A stretch of 64,000 nucleotides of DNA from an uncultured Gammaproteobacteria bacterium (lineage in GTDB: Bacteria; Pseudomonadota; Gammaproteobacteria; Chromatiales; Chromatiaceae): assembly GCA_963719025.1 (NCBI GenBank), contig CAVRBK010000056.1, forward strand, positions 5,907 through 69,906. The letters run 5' to 3'. Positions 1 to 11,211 of the stretch are shown piece after piece. Position numbers and translations under genes: made by a program. How positions within the stretch are numbered: the stretch's first letter is position 1; every line of letters begins with the position of its first letter. A model generated the notes under the pieces. It did not search any database. It had not been told where the DNA came from and saw only the letters and a list, made by a program, of their open reading frames with translations.

Positions 1-2076
<2,076 letters not shown>

Positions 2077-2150
2077 GGTTAATCAACCGCGGGGGCGCCA
2101 AGGCGCCGGGAATTCGTAACGGAGTTGCTGTCAGGCTGCGTCCTGCACGC

Positions 2151-3278
2151 CTATTTCTGCTGCATGAGTTCGATGAAGTGATCGAACACCGGCGCCACGT
2201 CATGCGGCCCGGGACTCGCCTCGGGGTGCCCCTGGAAACTGAATGCCGGCCTGTCGGTGCGATGGATACCCTGCAGGGAACCATCAAACAGCGACTTGTG
2301 GGTCGCCTTGAGATTCGCTGGCAGGCTTGACTCGTCGACCGCAAAGCCGTGGTTCTGGCTCGAGATCATCACGGCACCGGAGTCGAGATCCTGTACCGGG
2401 TGGTTGGCGCCGTGGTGACCAAACTTCATCTTCACCGTCTGCGCGCCCGACGCCAGTCCCAACAGTTGATGTCCGAGGCAGATACCGAAAGTCGGCAGGC
2501 CAGTATCGACAATCTCCCGGATCGCCTTGATGGCATAGTCGCAGGGCTCCGGGTCTCCCGGGCCGTTCGACAGGAACACCCCGTCCGGCGCCATCGCCAG
2601 CACGTCGCCGGACGGCGTCTGCGCAGGCACCACGGTCACCCGGCAGCCGCGATCGACCAGCATGCGCAGGATATTGCGCTTCACGCCGTAGTCATAGGCA
2701 ACCACATGGAAGCTGGCCGCGGCCGGGTCGTGACGGGAATGTCCTTCACCAAGCACCCAGGTACCTTCGTCCCAGGTGTAGGTCTGCGCCGTGGTCACCG
2801 CTTTCGCCAGATCCATGCCCTTCAGGCCGGGGAAGGCCCTGGCCGCCGCGAGCGCCTGTGCCTCGTCGATCTCACCCGCCATGATGCACCCGTTCTGTGC
2901 GCCCTTCTCGCGCAGGATGCGGGTGAGTCGGCGGGTATCGATATCCGCTATGCCGACCACACCGTTCTCGATCAGGTAGCTTTCGAGCGCCTGCTCACTG
3001 CGGAAATTACTGGCCAGCATCGGCAGATCGCGTATCACCAGCCCGGCCGCATGGACTGCCGTCGACTCTTCGTCTTCGCGGTTTACCCCGGTGTTACCGA
3101 TATGCGGATAGGTCAGCGTGACAATCTGCTGACTGTAGGATGGGTCGGTCAGTATTTCCTGGTAACCGGTCATCGCGGTGTTGAACACCACCTCGCCGAT
3201 CGTCCGCCCATCAGCACCAATGGAACGGCCGCGGAACACACTGCCATCTTCAAGAACGAGTATCGCCGGTTTTGTCAT
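2151..3278 (-). CDS. carA: Carbamoyl-phosphate synthase small subunit
   Basis: [48 protein letters not shown] and [13 protein letters not shown] motifs; ATG at 3278 chosen as start. Confidence 0.98.
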   Translation of the reverse strand: MTKPAILVLEDGSVFRGRSIGADGRTIGEVVFNTAMTGYQEILTDPSYSQQIVTLTYPHIGNTGVNREDEESTAVHAAGLVIRDLPMLASNFRSEQALESYLIENGVVGIADIDTRRLTRILREKGAQNGCIMAGEIDEAQALAAARAFPGLKGMDLAKAVTTAQTYTWDEGTWVLGEGHSRHDPAAASFHVVAYDYGVKRNILRMLVDRGCRVTVVPAQTPSGDVLAMAPDGVFLSNGPGDPEPCDYAIKAIREIVDTGLPTFGICLGHQLLGLASGAQTVKMKFGHHGANHPVQDLDSGAVMISSQNHGFAVDESSLPANLKATHKSLFDGSLQGIHRTDRPAFSFQGHPEASPGPHDVAPVFDHFIELMQQK

Positions 3279-3291
3279 TATATGCGCGCGC

Positions 3292-3332
3292 AAAAATACC
3301 GACGAGAGGTGCCATGGGCCGTCTCTGCCGGT
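3292..3332 (-). terminator. Terminator/attenuator-like hairpin in the carA leader
   Basis: Minus strand ACCGGCAGAG...CTCTCGTCGGT stem followed by ATTTTTG, just upstream of the carA ATG. Confidence 0.5.
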
Positions 3333-3426
3333 CTTCTATCTGAGTTGAATCGAGTGGACCTGCAACGCCTTGTTGCAGTGCGCAATATTACGTCAAGGTC
3401 CTGCGAGCTGTCCACGGCTGGACGGC

Positions 3427-3435
3427 ATTTTAACA
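3427..3435 (-). promoter_or_regulatory. Extended -10 sigma-70 element for carAB
   Basis: TGTTAAAAT (TGn-TAAAAT) on the minus strand about 150 nt upstream of carA. Confidence 0.45.
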
Positions 3436-3512
3436 GCCCGCCGCCCGGCGTGCGCGAAGCAATTGCGCCCGGGACGGGCGATTGCCGGGAAAAGCGCCCG
3501 TCTCGGTGCAGC

Positions 3513-3950
3513 TCAGGGAAGCTGCTGGCGTGCCCAACCGGCGATGCCCTGCGCATCCAGCGCGCCGGACATGCGACTGATCTCGCGTCCACCGGCAAAC
3601 AGGATCATCGTCGGGATGCTGCGGATGCCGAACTGCGCAGCGATCCCCTGCTCCTCCTCGGTGTTGACCTTGAGCAGCCGCATCGCCGGCTCGAGCATCG
3701 TGGCCGCCTGCTGAAAGGCCGGCGCCATCATTTTGCATGGCCCGCACCACGGCGCCCAGAAATCCACCAGCAGCGGGACATCGCTGCGAGCGAGTTGCGC
3801 CTGAAAGGCCCGGCCGTCGCTCTCCAGCGGCCGACCCTGGAACAACGGCGCCTTGCACCGCCCACACTTTCCGCCGGCCGCGAGGCGCTCCGTCGGAACG
3901 CGATTGACACCGCTGCATTGTGGGCACACGACATGCACTGACTGACTCAC
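3513..3950 (-). CDS. trxC: Thioredoxin 2 with N-terminal Zn-binding CxxC pair
   Basis: CPQC...CGRC followed by a thioredoxin domain with VDFWAPWCGPC. Confidence 0.95.
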   Translation of the reverse strand: MSQSVHVVCPQCSGVNRVPTERLAAGGKCGRCKAPLFQGRPLESDGRAFQAQLARSDVPLLVDFWAPWCGPCKMMAPAFQQAATMLEPAMRLLKVNTEEEQGIAAQFGIRSIPTMILFAGGREISRMSGALDAQGIAGWARQQLP

Positions 3951-4088
3951 CGTAACCTCCTGCTGAAAACTCCCGCTTTATCTCAGGTGGGGACGCAGAC
4001 CGGTTGCTTCAAGGTGCGGGTCGCGCTTGCAATTTCCCCCGGTCGGCCGCATTTTTCGTCATCCCGGCAGTTGCGCAGAGACAGACGC

Positions 4089-4946
4089 ATGGCAGATTCG
4101 CCCTATATTTTCGAGATCGACCAGAGCAACTACGAGCAGATCGTGATCCAAGGCTCGCACCAGGTCCCCGTTCTGGTCGACTTCTGGGCGACCTGGTGCC
4201 AACCCTGCCAGATGCTGATGCCGCTCCTGGCCAAGCTCGCAGACGAATACCAGGGGCGCTTCATCCTGGCCAAGATCAACACCGAGGAACAGCAGGAGAT
4301 TGCCGCACAGTTCGGCATCCGCAGCATCCCGACGGTCAAGTTGTTCAGCCAGGGTCAGCCGATCGATGAATTCGCCGGCGCGCTGCCGGAAACCGAAATA
4401 CGGGCATTCCTCGACCGCCACCTGCCGCGCGAATCGGATAATTCCGTGCTGCAGGCCCAGGAACTGCTCTCGACCGGCGACATCAGCGGTGCCATCACGG
4501 CGCTGCAGGCCGCGCAGGCGGCGGATCCCGGCAACGCGAGAATCACCATGACCCTGGCACAGGTGCTGGCCTCTTCGGGTGAGATGGACGCCGCCGAACA
4601 GGCGCTCGACAGCCTTCCGGAGGATGAGCAGACAAAACCCGAGATTGCCCGGCTGCGCGGCCAGATGTACTTCCACCATCTCGCTGGCGACGCCTCGATC
4701 GACCAGCTGACCCAGCAACTGGCCAACGATCCCGACGACATTGCGGTGCGTTTCCGCCTTGCCGCGGCGCAGGTCCTGCAAGGTGACGCCAGCGGCGCGC
4801 TGGAGAATTTTCTGCTGATAATGCAGAAAGACCGCAAGTTCGGCGACGACGGCGCGCGCCTGGCCATGCTCAAACTGTTCGATATGCTCGGCGACGAGCC
4901 GGCCGTTACACGCTATCGCGCCCGAATGTTCACCCTGTTGCACTGA
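4089..4946 (+). CDS. cnoX: Chaperedoxin CnoX/YbbN (thioredoxin + TPR)
   Basis: VLVDFWATWCQPC thioredoxin domain followed by helical TPR-like domain ending DRKFGDDGARLAMLKLFDMLG...YRARMFTLLH. Confidence 0.9.
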   Translation: MADSPYIFEIDQSNYEQIVIQGSHQVPVLVDFWATWCQPCQMLMPLLAKLADEYQGRFILAKINTEEQQEIAAQFGIRSIPTVKLFSQGQPIDEFAGALPETEIRAFLDRHLPRESDNSVLQAQELLSTGDISGAITALQAAQAADPGNARITMTLAQVLASSGEMDAAEQALDSLPEDEQTKPEIARLRGQMYFHHLAGDASIDQLTQQLANDPDDIAVRFRLAAAQVLQGDASGALENFLLIMQKDRKFGDDGARLAMLKLFDMLGDEPAVTRYRARMFTLLH

Positions 4947-4963
4947 CCTCAGAGGAAAACAAC

Positions 4964-5269
4964 ATGACCCCGGAACAACAGACCGCCATTGAGGCCGCCG
5001 CTTGGCGCACCCTGGTCGGCCACCTGCAGAAGCGCAAGGACGTACAGAACATCGAGTTGATGAATCTTGCCGGCTTCTGCCGCAACTGCATGTCGCGCTG
5101 GATGGCCAACGCGGCCCGGCAAAACGATGCCGAACTCGACCAGGCAGAGGCGCGCGAGATCGTCTACGGCATGAGCTACGACGCGTGGAAAACCCACCAC
5201 CAACAGCCGGCCACGCCGGAACAGCTGGAAAAGTTCAAGCAGATTGGCCCCGATCAGACCACCGAGTAA
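4964..5269 (+). CDS. DUF1244 family protein
   Basis: IEAAAWRTLVGHLQKRKDVQNIELMNLAGFCRNC and AREIVYGMSYDAWK motifs; GAGG RBS. Confidence 0.85.
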   Translation: MTPEQQTAIEAAAWRTLVGHLQKRKDVQNIELMNLAGFCRNCMSRWMANAARQNDAELDQAEAREIVYGMSYDAWKTHHQQPATPEQLEKFKQIGPDQTTE

Positions 5270-5281
5270 CGGACCGAAACC

Positions 5282-6007
5282 TTACTCCCCGGTGTAGGCC
5301 TGCAGAGAGATCACCTCGACCCCTGACGCCGTGACCCGCCAACGCACATCGCGACCGGCCAGGCGCATGCCGTAGACCCGCCCCGGTTCCGCACCCTGGC
5401 GATAGGCGGGGCGTGGATCCAGCGCCAGCACGCGCTCGATCAGGGCGCGCAATCCGGGGATATCGCCGGCATCCGCCAGCATGTCTTCGGCCTCCCGGGT
5501 GAACCGTACCGGCATATCGGCCTGCGGTGCGTCCGGCGCGAATCCACCCTGCGCATCGGCAATACGATCCGCGTAAGGAAGGTAGGGCTTGATATCCAGA
5601 ACCGGCGTCCCGTCCAGCAGATCGATGCCGCCGACGCGTAACAGCGGATGCGCGCCGCCAACCACCTCGATCAGCCGCACCACCGACAGGCCAAGCGAAT
5701 TTGGCCGAAAGGGTGAGCGGCTGGCCCACACCCCCACCTCGCGATTGCCGCCGAGACGCGGTGGACGGACCTTCGGGCGCCAGCCCAGCCCCACACAGCG
5801 GTCGAACTGAAAGGTCAGCCAGATATGCGAAAAGCCGTCCAGGCCGAGCAGCATCGCCGGATCGTCGTATGGCGGCAGAAGGCGTACCTCGCCGATGGCC
5901 TCCTCGACCAGTCCGGACTGCCGCGGAATCCCGAATTTCTCCTCGAACGGCGACCGGACCACCGCCACCGGGTCGAGGAGAATTTCTGATCCGTTTCTGG
6001 GCGCCAT
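5282..6007 (-). CDS. tsaA: tRNA (N6-threonylcarbamoyladenosine37-N6)-methyltransferase TrmO
   Basis: SPFEEKFGIPRQSGL, VRPPRLGGN, GVWASRSPFRPNSLGLS, DGTPVLDIKPYLPY and LALDPRPAY motifs. Confidence 0.93.
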   Translation of the reverse strand: MAPRNGSEILLDPVAVVRSPFEEKFGIPRQSGLVEEAIGEVRLLPPYDDPAMLLGLDGFSHIWLTFQFDRCVGLGWRPKVRPPRLGGNREVGVWASRSPFRPNSLGLSVVRLIEVVGGAHPLLRVGGIDLLDGTPVLDIKPYLPYADRIADAQGGFAPDAPQADMPVRFTREAEDMLADAGDIPGLRALIERVLALDPRPAYRQGAEPGRVYGMRLAGRDVRWRVTASGVEVISLQAYTGE

Positions 6008-6094
6008 AACTGTGCACTTCCACGCATTTCGCCGGTAAGCTGCAGAGGATAATCCCGACAGGAAAAACAAACCGGTTTTTTCGCCGGATCCGGG

Positions 6095-6121
6095 TAAAGC
6101 TATCCGTATTCCGGACGATAG
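6095..6121 (+). promoter_or_regulatory. Putative sigma-28 (FliA) promoter
   Basis: TAAAGCTA-N11-GACGATAG versus consensus TAAAGTTT-N11-GCCGATAA, about 80 nt upstream of the GGDEF-EAL gene. Confidence 0.55.
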
Positions 6122-6203
6122 CCCGTCTCATGAGAGTTTTCATCGTGTCCAGGAAAACATCGCCTAGCGGCACCGATCTCTCTCCCACGCGGCCACGATC
6201 CTG

Positions 6204-8330
6204 ATGTTCAACCTGCTTCGCAAACCCGCCCTTCTGTTTGTGCTGACGTTTACAGCGTTACTGATTGCCGTGCTCGGCGCCACGGGCCGCCTTGGCACGG
6301 CCAGCCTGTTGACCGCGACCGTGCTCGCCGCGGTGGTTACCCTGATCTGGGATTACACCGTGCTGCGCCCGACCCGCCGAGGCATGGGCCGCCTGCAGCA
6401 GCGCATGCGCCAGCTCTCCCTGCGTCATCAGGGTGCATCCGCGAAGGCCTGGGGCGATCGAGACACCTTGCAGCTCGACCGGCTGCTCGCATTGCGGCAG
6501 AAGCGCTTCGCCGGATACACCCGCAGACTGCGCTGCGAGATCGAACGCCTGAAAGCGATCTACCGGCACTCACATGACGCCGTGCTGATCTTCGAACCCG
6601 AGCAGGGACGACTGGTCGACTGCAATCCGCGCACATCACAACTGCTGGGCATGAGCCGGGAGGCGCTCGACGGTATGCGCCTGGTCGACCTGCACGACGA
6701 GGAGGACGCCTACCTGCGCAGCCTGATCGACGACGTCATGGATCACGACCATGGCCATTCCATTCGCATCAATTATCGTGCCGGCGACGGCCGCATCGTC
6801 CCGGCCGAGGTATCGATGTCGCGCATCCTACTGGATACCGGCAACCTGCTGCTCTGCATCGCACGCGATGTCAGCGAACGGCAAAACGCGGCAGAGAAGA
6901 TTGAACATCTCGCCTATCACGACACCCTGACCGGCCTGCCTAACCGGGCCCTGCTGACCGATCGCGTCAACCGCGCGCTGGTGCGTGCGCGACGAACCGG
7001 GCAGATCGGTGCATTGCTGTTTCTCGACCTCGACAAGTTCAAGCGCATCAACGATTCGCTCGGTCATTCTGTCGGCGATGAACTGCTCAAGGAGCTGGCC
7101 GGCCGCCTGCGCATCACCCTGCGCGAAGAGGATACAGTCGCGCGCCTTGGCGGTGACGAGTTTGTTGTATTGCTCGAGGCCCTGGGGCAACGCCAGGACC
7201 GCGCCGTTGAAAAGGCCCGCGAGATCGCCGAGAAGCTGCGCGCCATCTTCGTCGACGAGTACCGCCTGAACGGCCACGAACTCTATGTGACGGCAAGTAT
7301 CGGCATCGTCACGTTCCCACAGGATGGCGACACCGTCGACACGCTGTTGCGGCATGCAGACACCGCGATGTACCACGCCAAGGGCGCCGGTCGCGACGGC
7401 GCGAGGGTATTCGAACGCCGCATGGACGAGGCTGCGATGTCGCGCCTGCAGTTGGAAAACGAGTTGCGCAATGGCCTGCTCCACGGCCAGTTCGAACTGT
7501 ACTTTCAGCCGGTACTGCGCATACGTGATGGCGCCATACTGGGCGCCGAGGCGCTGCTGCGCTGGCATCATCCGGATTCGGGGCTGATCTCGCCCAGTGA
7601 TTTCATGCCGTATATCGAGAACTGCGCACTGATGCTGAAACTCGACGACTGGGTCCTCAACGAGGCCTGCGGCCTGCTCGGTGAGGTCCAGCGCGACCCG
7701 TCACTGGCGACCCCCGAATGCCTGGGGATCAACGTCAGTCATCAGCAGTTTCACCAGGCAGACTTCGTCGACCGGCTCACCCGCATTCTCGACAGCACGG
7801 GCGCGGACCCCCATCGTCTGCAGCTGGAGATAACGGAGACGATCCTGCTCAAAGACACCAAGGAGTCGATCGACCGCATGAATGCCCTGCGTCAGCTCGG
7901 GGTACGCTTCGCCATCGACGATTTTGGTACCGGTTATTCCTCGCTGGCCGACCTGCGACAGCTGCCGATAGATACGCTGAAGATCGACCGGACATTTATC
8001 CGTGATATCGCAAGCGACCCAAACGATGCCGCAATTGTCCGCGCAATTCTCTCGATGGCCAGCCATATCGGCGTGCAGGTGGTTGCCGAGGGCGTGGAGA
8101 CGCGCGAACAGCTGCGCTTTCTGCGTGCTGCAGAGTGCACCTACTACCAGGGTTACCTTGGACGTCCGCCGGTGCCGTTGAAGACGTTTCGCGAAGAACT
8201 CGCTTTCGTCGGGGACAGTGAGATCATTGCACAGATGCCGTCCGGCACAACTGGATCACGGGATACCGGCAGGATGGAAAGGGAATTCAGGCACCCGCCG
8301 CGCGGCAAGCCGATCAGCGACCGGCGCTGA
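6204..8330 (+). CDS. Membrane-anchored PAS-GGDEF-EAL diguanylate cyclase/phosphodiesterase
   Basis: Two N-terminal TM helices, PAS region, LAYHDTLTGLPNR, REED-x5-GGDEF, EALLRW, DDFGTGYSS, AEGVE and QGY. Confidence 0.95.
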   Translation: MFNLLRKPALLFVLTFTALLIAVLGATGRLGTASLLTATVLAAVVTLIWDYTVLRPTRRGMGRLQQRMRQLSLRHQGASAKAWGDRDTLQLDRLLALRQKRFAGYTRRLRCEIERLKAIYRHSHDAVLIFEPEQGRLVDCNPRTSQLLGMSREALDGMRLVDLHDEEDAYLRSLIDDVMDHDHGHSIRINYRAGDGRIVPAEVSMSRILLDTGNLLLCIARDVSERQNAAEKIEHLAYHDTLTGLPNRALLTDRVNRALVRARRTGQIGALLFLDLDKFKRINDSLGHSVGDELLKELAGRLRITLREEDTVARLGGDEFVVLLEALGQRQDRAVEKAREIAEKLRAIFVDEYRLNGHELYVTASIGIVTFPQDGDTVDTLLRHADTAMYHAKGAGRDGARVFERRMDEAAMSRLQLENELRNGLLHGQFELYFQPVLRIRDGAILGAEALLRWHHPDSGLISPSDFMPYIENCALMLKLDDWVLNEACGLLGEVQRDPSLATPECLGINVSHQQFHQADFVDRLTRILDSTGADPHRLQLEITETILLKDTKESIDRMNALRQLGVRFAIDDFGTGYSSLADLRQLPIDTLKIDRTFIRDIASDPNDAAIVRAILSMASHIGVQVVAEGVETREQLRFLRAAECTYYQGYLGRPPVPLKTFREELAFVGDSEIIAQMPSGTTGSRDTGRMEREFRHPPRGKPISDRR

Positions 8331-8517
8331 CAGTCAACTGCTGGCGACGCAATTCGATCTGGTCCCGGAAAAAACGGATCAGTGCCTTTTCGTAGCCACA
8401 GTCGCCGTCCGGTCCAATCTGGCCGAGACGTTTTTCCAGGGTCGCAATCTCTTCTTCCAGTCGCCCCGCATGGACGGACTGGAACCCTGCCCTTCTACGC
8501 GTCGCTTGCGTTCGCAT
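8314..8517 (-). CDS. Small hypothetical protein (67 aa, helical hairpin, GDCGYEKAL motif)
   Basis: ATG at 8517 preceded by AAAGGGAG...AGGA; amphipathic helices RLEEEIATLEKRL and ALIRFFRDQIELRRQQL. Confidence 0.6.
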   Translation of the reverse strand: MRTQATRRRAGFQSVHAGRLEEEIATLEKRLGQIGPDGDCGYEKALIRFFRDQIELRRQQLTVSAGR

Positions 8518-8609
8518 TGTCCTGCTTTCTCCCTTTAACGTCGCCCGAGTGTAGCTGCGGCAGATGAAGGAGAGATGACAGACCGACGCCTCGCAGAACG
8601 GTTCAAGCG

Positions 8610-9779
8610 TCAATCGCGACGTAGTTCGTCGGACACCGCGATCGGTGTCGGGAAACGCAGCACGACGAGGTAGGAAGACACCAGAAAGGTCAGCAGGGTT
8701 GCCAACTGGATCAGGTAGGAGGCCTCAGTGCCGATCACGCCCTGTTCCAGCGCCAGCACCGCCAGAAGCAGGGAAAACTCACTCATCTGGCCCAGCCGGA
8801 ATCCGACCTCATTCGAGCGTTTATCCGACTCGCCGGTACGGCGCAGCAACACCCGAAACACCGCAGGCTTGGCCAACATCAGCGCGGCGGCAAGAACCAG
8901 CGCGGGCAGAAGAACCTGGCCGAGCACACTGATATCGAACCCCGCCCCGAGAGAAAAGAAAAACAGTACCAGGAAGAAATCACGCAGCGGTTTCAGGCTC
9001 TCCGCAATGAACAGTGCGATCGGGCTGGACGCGAGCGCGACACCCGCTATGAAGGCGCCGACCTCCGCGGACAGCCCCAGCAGACCAGCCAACTCTGCCA
9101 TGCCCATGCACCAGCCGATGGTCATCAGGAAGATGTACTCCTGGATCTTGTCGAACTTGCGGATCAGGCGGATCAGCACATGGCGTTCGACCAACCAGGC
9201 GAAACCGATAAGGCCCGGCAGGGCCACCAGCAACAACAGGACCTCGCTGATTGGCATGCTGCCCTGTGAACTGCCCTGCACCACCAGCAACAGGATGATC
9301 GCCAGCAGATCCTGTAACAACAGAATGCTGATGATCACCTCACCGGTTCGCTGGTGATGCAGCATCGTTGTCGGCAGAAGTTTCAGGCCGACGATCGTGC
9401 TGGAGAAGGTCGCCGCCCCACCGATCAACAGGGCCTCCATCGGACCGAATCCGAACAACAAGGACACCACCAAACCGATCAGAAAAAAGGCCAGCGAACT
9501 GAACAGCGTGACCTGGGTGGTCTTGGCGACCATGCGGATCAATTCCTGCGGCTGCAGATTCAGGCCGAGCAGAAAAAGCAGAAAAATGATGCCGAATTCG
9601 GAGATGTTGCGGATCAGTTCCGGGTCCGATACCAGGCCGAGCATCGACGGCCCGAGCAGTACGCCGAGCAGGATATAGGCGACCAGCAACGACTGGCGCG
9701 CGGCCAGTGCCACGGTTGCAAACACTGCGGCACCGGTGAACACCAGGAACACGGTGAAGACGATCGAATCATGTTCCAT
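8610..9779 (-). CDS. CPA2-family cation:proton antiporter (no TrkA/KTN domain)
   Basis: About 12 TM helices; YILLGVLLGP, FLLFLLGL, FSSTIVGLKLL, LLLQDL, GAFIAGV and GQMSEFS motifs. Confidence 0.9.
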   Translation of the reverse strand: MEHDSIVFTVFLVFTGAAVFATVALAARQSLLVAYILLGVLLGPSMLGLVSDPELIRNISEFGIIFLLFLLGLNLQPQELIRMVAKTTQVTLFSSLAFFLIGLVVSLLFGFGPMEALLIGGAATFSSTIVGLKLLPTTMLHHQRTGEVIISILLLQDLLAIILLLVVQGSSQGSMPISEVLLLLVALPGLIGFAWLVERHVLIRLIRKFDKIQEYIFLMTIGWCMGMAELAGLLGLSAEVGAFIAGVALASSPIALFIAESLKPLRDFFLVLFFFSLGAGFDISVLGQVLLPALVLAAALMLAKPAVFRVLLRRTGESDKRSNEVGFRLGQMSEFSLLLAVLALEQGVIGTEASYLIQLATLLTFLVSSYLVVLRFPTPIAVSDELRRD

Positions 9780-10025
9780 TTCAGTGCCCCCGGATTTCGG
9801 TCGAAAGAATCCGCCAGAGAGTCCACGGCGACACCGTTACCGGCGACCCATGACCACCTGGATAGGCCAGCCTTGTTTTTCGATCAGATATCCGCATGGA
9901 TGCGTCCCGCGTCTGCACCTGTTCACCGTGCTGAATTGATATTCAATGTAGCGTATCGGCGGGCTTAATTCGCCCTCGAGGCATTCAGCTGCGCATGTTC
10001 ACGATCAATTCACCCGGGGGGAACG

Positions 10026-10051
10026 AAAAACACCCGCCGTCGGGCGGGTGT
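10026..10051 (-). terminator. Rho-independent terminator
   Basis: ACACCCGCC-CGAC-GGCGGGTGT 9-bp stem followed by TTTT on the minus strand, just downstream of the 10080-10349 gene. Confidence 0.8.
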
Positions 10052-10079
10052 CGAGGGTCTGACGCCAGTGGTTGGCGGA

Positions 10080-10349
10080 TCAGTGATCGGCTGCACTCAG
10101 CTTGACACCACCGGCACTGGCCTCATCACCCGCCTTGCGGCCTCCATTGAGGCGACAGTGCGCGCTGACACTACGACCGTCCTTGCGTGTATAACCATCC
10201 ACCCAGCGGCATGCGGCTTCGGATGAGCAAGCGCTCTGCGCCATACCTTTGCATTGACTCGCTGCGGCAACGACGGACGCGTTGACGCTCAACGCACAAA
10301 AAAGCGCGATGGTCAGACGGGATACGGAGGGGATTGCGAAACGTTTCAT
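10080..10349 (-). CDS. Small secreted 4-Cys hypothetical protein
   Basis: AAGGAG RBS, signal-peptide-like N-terminus, CKG...C...CRWVDGYTRKDGRSVSAHCR, own terminator. Confidence 0.75.
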   Translation of the reverse strand: MKRFAIPSVSRLTIALFCALSVNASVVAAASQCKGMAQSACSSEAACRWVDGYTRKDGRSVSAHCRLNGGRKAGDEASAGGVKLSAADH

Positions 10350-10438
10350 GATGTTCTCTCCTTAGAACAGACCAGCATCGATCCTGATGCTGCGGAACAG
10401 TTTACCGGCTTCCGGACCCCCGCTTCAAGTGGGCAAAA

Positions 10439-11186
10439 TCAACGCGGGCAATCGGTGGCGTCACAACGCCGGCCATCGGCCCAGATCGCACCCTCCAGAT
10501 TGGCGCGGTCGAAGCGCGCCCCGCCCAGTTGGGTACTGCTGAGATCGGCGAAACTCAGATCGGCCCCGGTCAGATCCGCATTGGTGAGATCCGCCAGGCG
10601 CAGGTTCGCCCCCTTCAAAACGGCATCGTTCAGGCGCGCGTAAGACAGGTCTGCACCGTTGCAGGTCGGCATAGCGCATATCGGCCCGGCTCAAATCGGC
10701 CTCCGCGAGCCTGGCGTCCGCCAGGACGGCATTGGCCAGGCGCGCATCCGGCATCGCCACGGCCGTCAGGATGGCGCCATTCAAATGGCATCCCTCGAGA
10801 TTGATGCCGGGCAGCGGCGTGGCGGCGCAATCCCTTTCGCTTACCGCGTCCTCCTGACTCGCAAAGTACACACCGGCGGTCAGCACCCCGATGATCGCCA
10901 GGGCGATAAGCATGGCACGCACCGCCTTGCCACTTTCCGCACCGCCATCGTCGGCGGGTTGCGCACTCAGGCTGTCGTCGTTGTCCCGCATCTGCAGCGG
11001 CACCACCTCGGGCACCCCGCCCAGGGTCTTCCAGTCCTGACGGTCCGCGCTGACCTCGTCAGTCAGCTCCAGTTTTCCCTCCAGCACGAAGTGTCGGACG
11101 CGTGCGCTGCTGAATGGCCCGCGCACCGCCGCCCCCCGTCGGATAAACCAGTCCAGTCCACTGCCCTTGGCCTTGCCGGTCGACAT
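10439..11186 (-). CDS. GYF_2/DUF4339-like domain + TM helix + pentapeptide-repeat protein (1-bp insertion near 10662)
   Basis: [14 protein letters not shown]...GKL...EVSAD...W...VPEV N-terminal domain, [19 protein letters not shown], then A(D/N)Lxx repeats split across two frames and ending AIWADGRRC. Confidence 0.85.
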
Positions 11187-11211
11187 TGTCTCGCCTCACC
11201 ATGCTGATCAC

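Noticed and set aside
9780-10025. Riboswitch or FNR box upstream of the antiporter (ATTGATATTCAAT palindrome, TGTTCAC repeats)
   Set aside because: Spacing does not match FNR and no known RNA motif is recognisable; too weak to support
10439-10830. Qnr/MfpA-type quinolone-resistance gene or DNA tandem repeat
   Set aside because: The repeats follow a TM helix and a GYF_2-like domain; the periodicity is at the protein level only
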